NCBI GenBank assembly: GCA_011049465.1 | Contig: DSBP01000170.1 | Location: 1-29,697, forward strand | DNA length: 29,697 nucleotides | Direction of reading: 5' to 3' | Source: a bacterium | GTDB lineage: Bacteria; Oederibacteriota; PGYV01; DSBP01 | Shown: piece after piece, positions 26,048 through 29,697 of the stretch | Numbering within the stretch: position 1 is the first letter of the stretch | How the letters are laid out: every line of letters starts with the position of its first letter | Made by a program: the position numbers and the translations under genes | Notes under the pieces: generated by a model | The model's database searches: none | What the model saw: only the letters and a program-made list of their open reading frames with translations | What the model was told of the DNA's origin: nothing

Positions 26048-26633
26048 GTGTTTTGACAGGATGGCCGCGGCATACACAAACGGCTGGGTTAAGTGCGCGA
26101 AGAAGAGGGATGAAATACGGAGATTCACGGCGCGGTTCGGGCTCGAAAAAGGAATGACAATAATCGAGCCGGGATGCGGCAGCGGCGAATTTACTCCTTT
26201 TCTTCTGGCAGAGGCGGGAAAAAACGGAAGGGTGATATGTGTTGACAGCTCTTCTGAGATGTCAAAACTGGCGAAGCAGAGGCTTAAGGCAGGGAAAAAC
26301 GCACGGGTCATAAAAGCATGCGCGTCAAAGATGCCTGTTAAAAGCGGTTCAGCGGACGCGGTAATATGCTTCAACTGTTTTCCGCATTTCTATCCCAAGG
26401 AGCGGTTTATCAGGGAATTTCACAGGGTTTTAAAGCCCGGAGGCCTGCTTGTAATCGCCCACGACGCTTCGTCGGCGGCGATAAACGGAATGCACCGGCG
26501 CATCGGGTTTAATATGAAAAAACACGGGATACCCGCGCCCGGCGAGATGAGAAAAATGTTGTATCACGCGGATTTTGTGATAGAGTGCTTTAAAAGCCGC
26601 GGCCGGTATATGCTTGCCGCGCGAAAGCAATAG
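26037..26633 (+). CDS. Class I SAM-dependent methyltransferase
   Basis: IEPGCGSG, VDSSSEM and DAVICFNCFPHF...RVLKPGG motifs. Start moved from 25983 to the ATG at 26037 (GGAGGAG RBS, overlapping the permease stop). Confidence 0.85.
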   Translation: MGVKCFDRMAAAYTNGWVKCAKKRDEIRRFTARFGLEKGMTIIEPGCGSGEFTPFLLAEAGKNGRVICVDSSSEMSKLAKQRLKAGKNARVIKACASKMPVKSGSADAVICFNCFPHFYPKERFIREFHRVLKPGGLLVIAHDASSAAINGMHRRIGFNMKKHGIPAPGEMRKMLYHADFVIECFKSRGRYMLAARKQ

Positions 26634-26651
26634 TTTTAATGGGGGGTTGAG

Positions 26652-27539
26652 ATGAAGATTATTATAACCGGCGCTACGGGATTTATAGGATCCGCTGCCT
26701 GTGAAATGTTCGCGGATAAGGGCTGCGACGTGGCTGCTGTAACAAGAGATACTTCCGCGGCAGCGATGAAAGGCTTGAGATACATATCGTGGGAAGCGCT
26801 TGACGGGGAGGCTGACGGAGCTGACGCGATAATAAACCTCGCGGGAGAGAACATCGGCGCGTCACGCTGGACGCGGGCAAGAATGGACAGCCTGATGGCG
26901 AGCAGGGTTATGGCCGGAACAAGGGTTGCGAACGCCGTTAAAAAAGCGAAAAAAAAGCCGGGCCTGCTCATCCAGGCGTCAGCAGCGGGTTTTTACGGGG
27001 ACAGGAAAGATGAGGAAATAACAGAGGAATCGGCCCCGGGAAAAGGCTTCTTGGCTGAGGTGTGCGCGGCGTGGGAGGGCTCGACTCTGGCTGTGGAAAA
27101 AGCAGGCGTAAGGCGGTGTGTCTTAAGAATGGGGGTTGTGCTGGGAAGAGGCGGGTTTTTAAAAAAGATTGAAACGCCCTTCCGGTTTTTCCTGGGCGGG
27201 CCAATGGGCAGCGGCCTGCAGAAGATATCGTGGATACATATTGAAGACCTGCTTTCATTGTTCAGGTTCTGCGTGGAAAACAAATCAGCGGCAGGCATAT
27301 ACAATGCCTGCTCGCCAAACCCGGCAACAAACAGGGAGCTTTCATCTGCGCTTGGAAAGGCGCTGAAACGGCCCTCGTTTTTCAGGGCGCCTGAAACCGC
27401 CCTGAAGCTTCTTCTCGGTAAAATGGCGGATGAAGCAATCCTCACAGGCGCGTCTGTCCTTCCCGCGCGGCTGATGAAGGAGGGGTTTGTTTTCAGGTAT
27501 TACGATATAGAAGAGGCGCTGAAGGAAATATACGGCTGA
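26652..27539 (+). CDS. TIGR01777 family NAD-dependent epimerase/oxidoreductase (YfcH/SDR39U1-like)
   Basis: ITGATGFIG, IINLAGENI..RWT, SRV, ASAAGFYG, FLAEVCAAWE and SWIHIED motifs. Confidence 0.92.
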   Translation: MKIIITGATGFIGSAACEMFADKGCDVAAVTRDTSAAAMKGLRYISWEALDGEADGADAIINLAGENIGASRWTRARMDSLMASRVMAGTRVANAVKKAKKKPGLLIQASAAGFYGDRKDEEITEESAPGKGFLAEVCAAWEGSTLAVEKAGVRRCVLRMGVVLGRGGFLKKIETPFRFFLGGPMGSGLQKISWIHIEDLLSLFRFCVENKSAAGIYNACSPNPATNRELSSALGKALKRPSFFRAPETALKLLLGKMADEAILTGASVLPARLMKEGFVFRYYDIEEALKEIYG

Positions 27540-27596
27540 CAAATTTGTATATATATACAAAAAAGACTTGACAAATTTGTACGTATGTGTAAAAAT
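27537..27596 (+). promoter_or_regulatory. Promoter region of the AAA ATPase with repeated palindromic boxes
   Basis: TGACAAATTTGTA at 27537-27549 and 27569-27581; TTTGTATATATATACAAA palindrome 27544-27561; TTGACA at 27568-27573 with only a weak -10. Confidence 0.45.
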
Positions 27597-27621
27597 GTCA
27601 TAAAAGAGCTAAAGGTGTGAT

Positions 27622-28848
27622 ATGCGCGGAGATTACAGAAAAAGGTTTCTTGAGGAGACGGTGTTTGACCCTGTTTTTGGCAGGCAGATGAGGTTTGTGA
27701 TAGGCCCGAGACAGTGCGGAAAAACAACCATGGCCCGTGAAAAACTGGCGGAAGGGAAAATGCCGGAATTGTATTTTAACTGGGACAGCGCTGAAGTGAA
27801 AAGAAAGTACAGGCGCGAGGGCAGCCTGATACCCAAAACAAGGGCGGCGGAGAAAAAATGGGTTTGTTTTGATGAAATACATAAAATGCCGAAGTGGAAG
27901 AATGTTTTGAAAGGAATATTTGATACACGGGAAGACGAATACAACTTCATTGTAACGGGGAGCGCAAGGCTTGATATTTTAAGAAAAGCAGGGGACAGCC
28001 TCGCGGGGAGATATTTTGTTTTCAGGCTGAGTCCGTTTATACTGGCCGAGATGACGCAAAACAGAACGGAATACCTGAGGCCCGAATCAAATCCCCTGGA
28101 TTTTGTTCATAAAAATCTTCCGGAAAAAAAGGGCGCGCAGAAGCATATGGAAAGCCTGATAATGCACGGCGGTTTCCCCGAACCGCTGTTCAAAGGAGAG
28201 GAAAGATTCTCAAGAATGTGGAACGAGGAGTATTTTGAAAGGATAATCAGGGAGGACATGAGGGATTTATCAGCCGTTCATTATCTGGAAAAAGCTGTTG
28301 ATCTCGCGAAGATACTTCCCGGAAAGGTCGGAGCGCCTCTTTCTGTTGAGTCTCTTGTAAGGGATTTGGAGATAAACCACAGGACGGTTAAAAGGTATCT
28401 GAAGCATCTGGGGCTTAATTTTCTGATTTTTGAACTCTGTCCGTACGTGAACACAGTGAAGGCAAGGCGCCTGAATAAAAAAATGACAAAAGTCTATTTT
28501 TATAATTATTCGGTTATACAGGATGAGGCGGCGAGGTTCGAGAATTACATCGCTGTTGAACTGAAAGCCAGGGTTGACCTGTGGAACAGCGGAGGAGCCG
28601 GAAAGTTCGATCTTTATTACATAAGAAACAGGGAAAAGAAAGAGACGGACTTTCTGATAACGAACAACGACAGGCCGTACCTTCTTCTTGAGGCGAAGAT
28701 TTCCGGCGTGCCTGTTGAAAGCCATCACAGGTATTTTTCCGGGGCGCTCGGGGGGATACCTTTTGTTCAGCTTGTAAAAAAAAAGGTTGATGTCAGGGAA
28801 GACGCGGGCAGGTTTTTTACCGCGCCCGCCTCAAGGTTTTTTGGGTAG
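27622..28848 (+). CDS. AAA_14 / DUF4143 ATP-binding protein (COG1373) with a C-terminal PD-(D/E)xK-like domain
   Basis: Walker A GPRQCGKT, Walker B CFDEIH, TGS, LAGRY and GGFPE motifs; C-terminal ETDF...LEAK. Confidence 0.88.
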   Translation: MRGDYRKRFLEETVFDPVFGRQMRFVIGPRQCGKTTMAREKLAEGKMPELYFNWDSAEVKRKYRREGSLIPKTRAAEKKWVCFDEIHKMPKWKNVLKGIFDTREDEYNFIVTGSARLDILRKAGDSLAGRYFVFRLSPFILAEMTQNRTEYLRPESNPLDFVHKNLPEKKGAQKHMESLIMHGGFPEPLFKGEERFSRMWNEEYFERIIREDMRDLSAVHYLEKAVDLAKILPGKVGAPLSVESLVRDLEINHRTVKRYLKHLGLNFLIFELCPYVNTVKARRLNKKMTKVYFYNYSVIQDEAARFENYIAVELKARVDLWNSGGAGKFDLYYIRNREKKETDFLITNNDRPYLLLEAKISGVPVESHHRYFSGALGGIPFVQLVKKKVDVREDAGRFFTAPASRFFG

Positions 28849-28913
28849 AGGAAGGATGAAGCCGGAAGCTGAAGTTTAAAATTAAAACAAGGGGATTACG
28901 GTAATTTTGAGCG

Positions 28914-29170
28914 TTGAACCTTGAACTTTGAACCGTGTCTCATAGTGAGGGAAATAAGACGGGTTCAAGTTCAGCGTTGAAGGTTTCATGTTTTAAACCA
29001 AACCCGTGTCCAAAATCAACCGGCAGTTAAAGGCGGTAATTTGTAATTTGTAGTTTGTAGTTGGAAAAACAACCCGAAACCTGCCAGCCTGAAACTTGAA
29101 ACTTTCTAACCTGAAACCTGAAATCGAACCCTGAGCGGAGTCGAAGGGTGAACCGTGAACTTTGAATTCT
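28914..29170. repeat. Mosaic of heptamer arrays, a heptamer-armed hairpin and a CCCTGAGC..GTCGAAGGG element
   Basis: Hairpin 28922-28940 / 28957-28973; GTAATTT/GTAGTTT x4 at 29036-29063; (C/A)CTGAAA tract 29088-29124; gaaccctgagcggagtcgaaggg at about 29127-29149. Confidence 0.7.
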
Positions 29171-29232
29171 TGTGTTAAGGCGGGGTGTGGCATTTGAAGT
29201 CAAAATTTCGTGTTATTATTAGGGGGGAAACA

Positions 29233-29288
29233 GCGGTAGTTTGCGTATTTCGTCGTTTTGCATGGCAAAACCAAACTGCGTTTTTTTT
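29233..29288 (+). terminator. Possible intrinsic terminator
   Basis: GTTTTGC-atg-GCAAAAC hairpin inside an outer AGTTTG/CAAACT stem, with a T8 run at 29281-29288; the stem is weak. Confidence 0.3.
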
Positions 29289-29298
29289 AATGGAAAAC

Positions 29299-29327
29299 TT
29301 GACATACGCCAAATACGCGGCTATGCT
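29299..29327 (+). promoter_or_regulatory. Sigma70 promoter of the final gene
   Basis: TTGACA (29299-29304) - N17 - TATGCT (29322-29327). Confidence 0.7.
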
Positions 29328-29491
29328 TATATCACTGCCAAACTATTTTGAACGGCTTACTCCTGCAGCGGCAAGAATTTGGTAAAGGAGTATTTATGGC
29401 AAGGGGAACAGGGGAACACGCGGGCAAATCAAAAGAACTTAATTCATTTCATATATTGCTGTGCTCAGAATATGCGGGAGGGTGAAACACC

Positions 29492-29697
29492 ATGAAAAAA
29501 ATGCTGATGATTTTGTTGTTTGTGTTCGGTTTTTTTGGGGTAATATTTGGCGCGGCAGAAGTAAGGAACGTAGCAGTCACGGGCGGGTGTTATACACCGG
29601 GGCAGAATATAACGGTTAACTTTGAGGTGCGCTGCGCCGCATGGCAGACAACATTCGGGTCAATAATCTTTTCTACGGATAACAGCCCTCATTATAC
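29492..29697 (+). CDS. Secreted protein, 5' portion only (runs off the window)
   Basis: Not in the ORF track. GGAGGG RBS, then MKKMLMILLFVFGFFGVIFGAAEVRNVAVTGGCYTPGQNITVNFEVRC..., open to the window end, with a Sec signal peptide. Confidence 0.75.
   Translation, partial: MKKMLMILLFVFGFFGVIFGAAEVRNVAVTGGCYTPGQNITVNFEVRCAAWQTTFGSIIFSTDNSPHY

Noticed and set aside
29185-29385. 66-aa plus-strand ORF
   Set aside because: It spans the putative terminator and promoter, has a GTG start with no convincing RBS, and shows no domain.
1-29697. tRNA, rRNA, tmRNA or prophage genes
   Set aside because: No cloverleaf or rRNA signatures and no phage structural, integrase or terminase ORFs were recognised by inspection.

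Overview
29.7 kb of bacterial chromosome from a diderm organism (TolC, TonB, a TonB-dependent receptor and lipoproteins are present); taxonomy cannot be established from the sequence alone. Gene order: lipoprotein, SAM methyltransferase, hypothetical protein; a TetR-TolC-adaptor-RND efflux operon; a convergent minus-strand TCA operon (icd, mdh, two-subunit class I fumarate hydratase); a LysM/M23 peptidase; two tandem B12-binding radical SAM enzymes, a GT4 glycosyltransferase, ComF, a four-helix-bundle protein and queC; a nikR-tonB-TBDR-ZnuABC-like metal uptake operon with a methyltransferase and TIGR01777 epimerase; a COG1373-type AAA ATPase; and the 5' end of a secreted protein. No rRNA, tRNA, CRISPR, transposase or integrase was seen. 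The most unusual signal is intergenic. Many spacers are built from 7-nt-period AT-rich arrays that start just after stop codons and often occur as inverted pairs. One pair brackets the four-helix-bundle gene, another forms an ORF-less hairpin, and others enclose GTAG-type REP palindromes, some carrying a second 22-25 nt element inserted exactly in the hairpin loop. Protein-level oddities: an RND pump lacking the TM4 Asp-Asp proton relay beside a very short adaptor, a radical SAM CX10CX2C motif, and a NikR-linked cluster A-I binding protein with Cys/His motifs.
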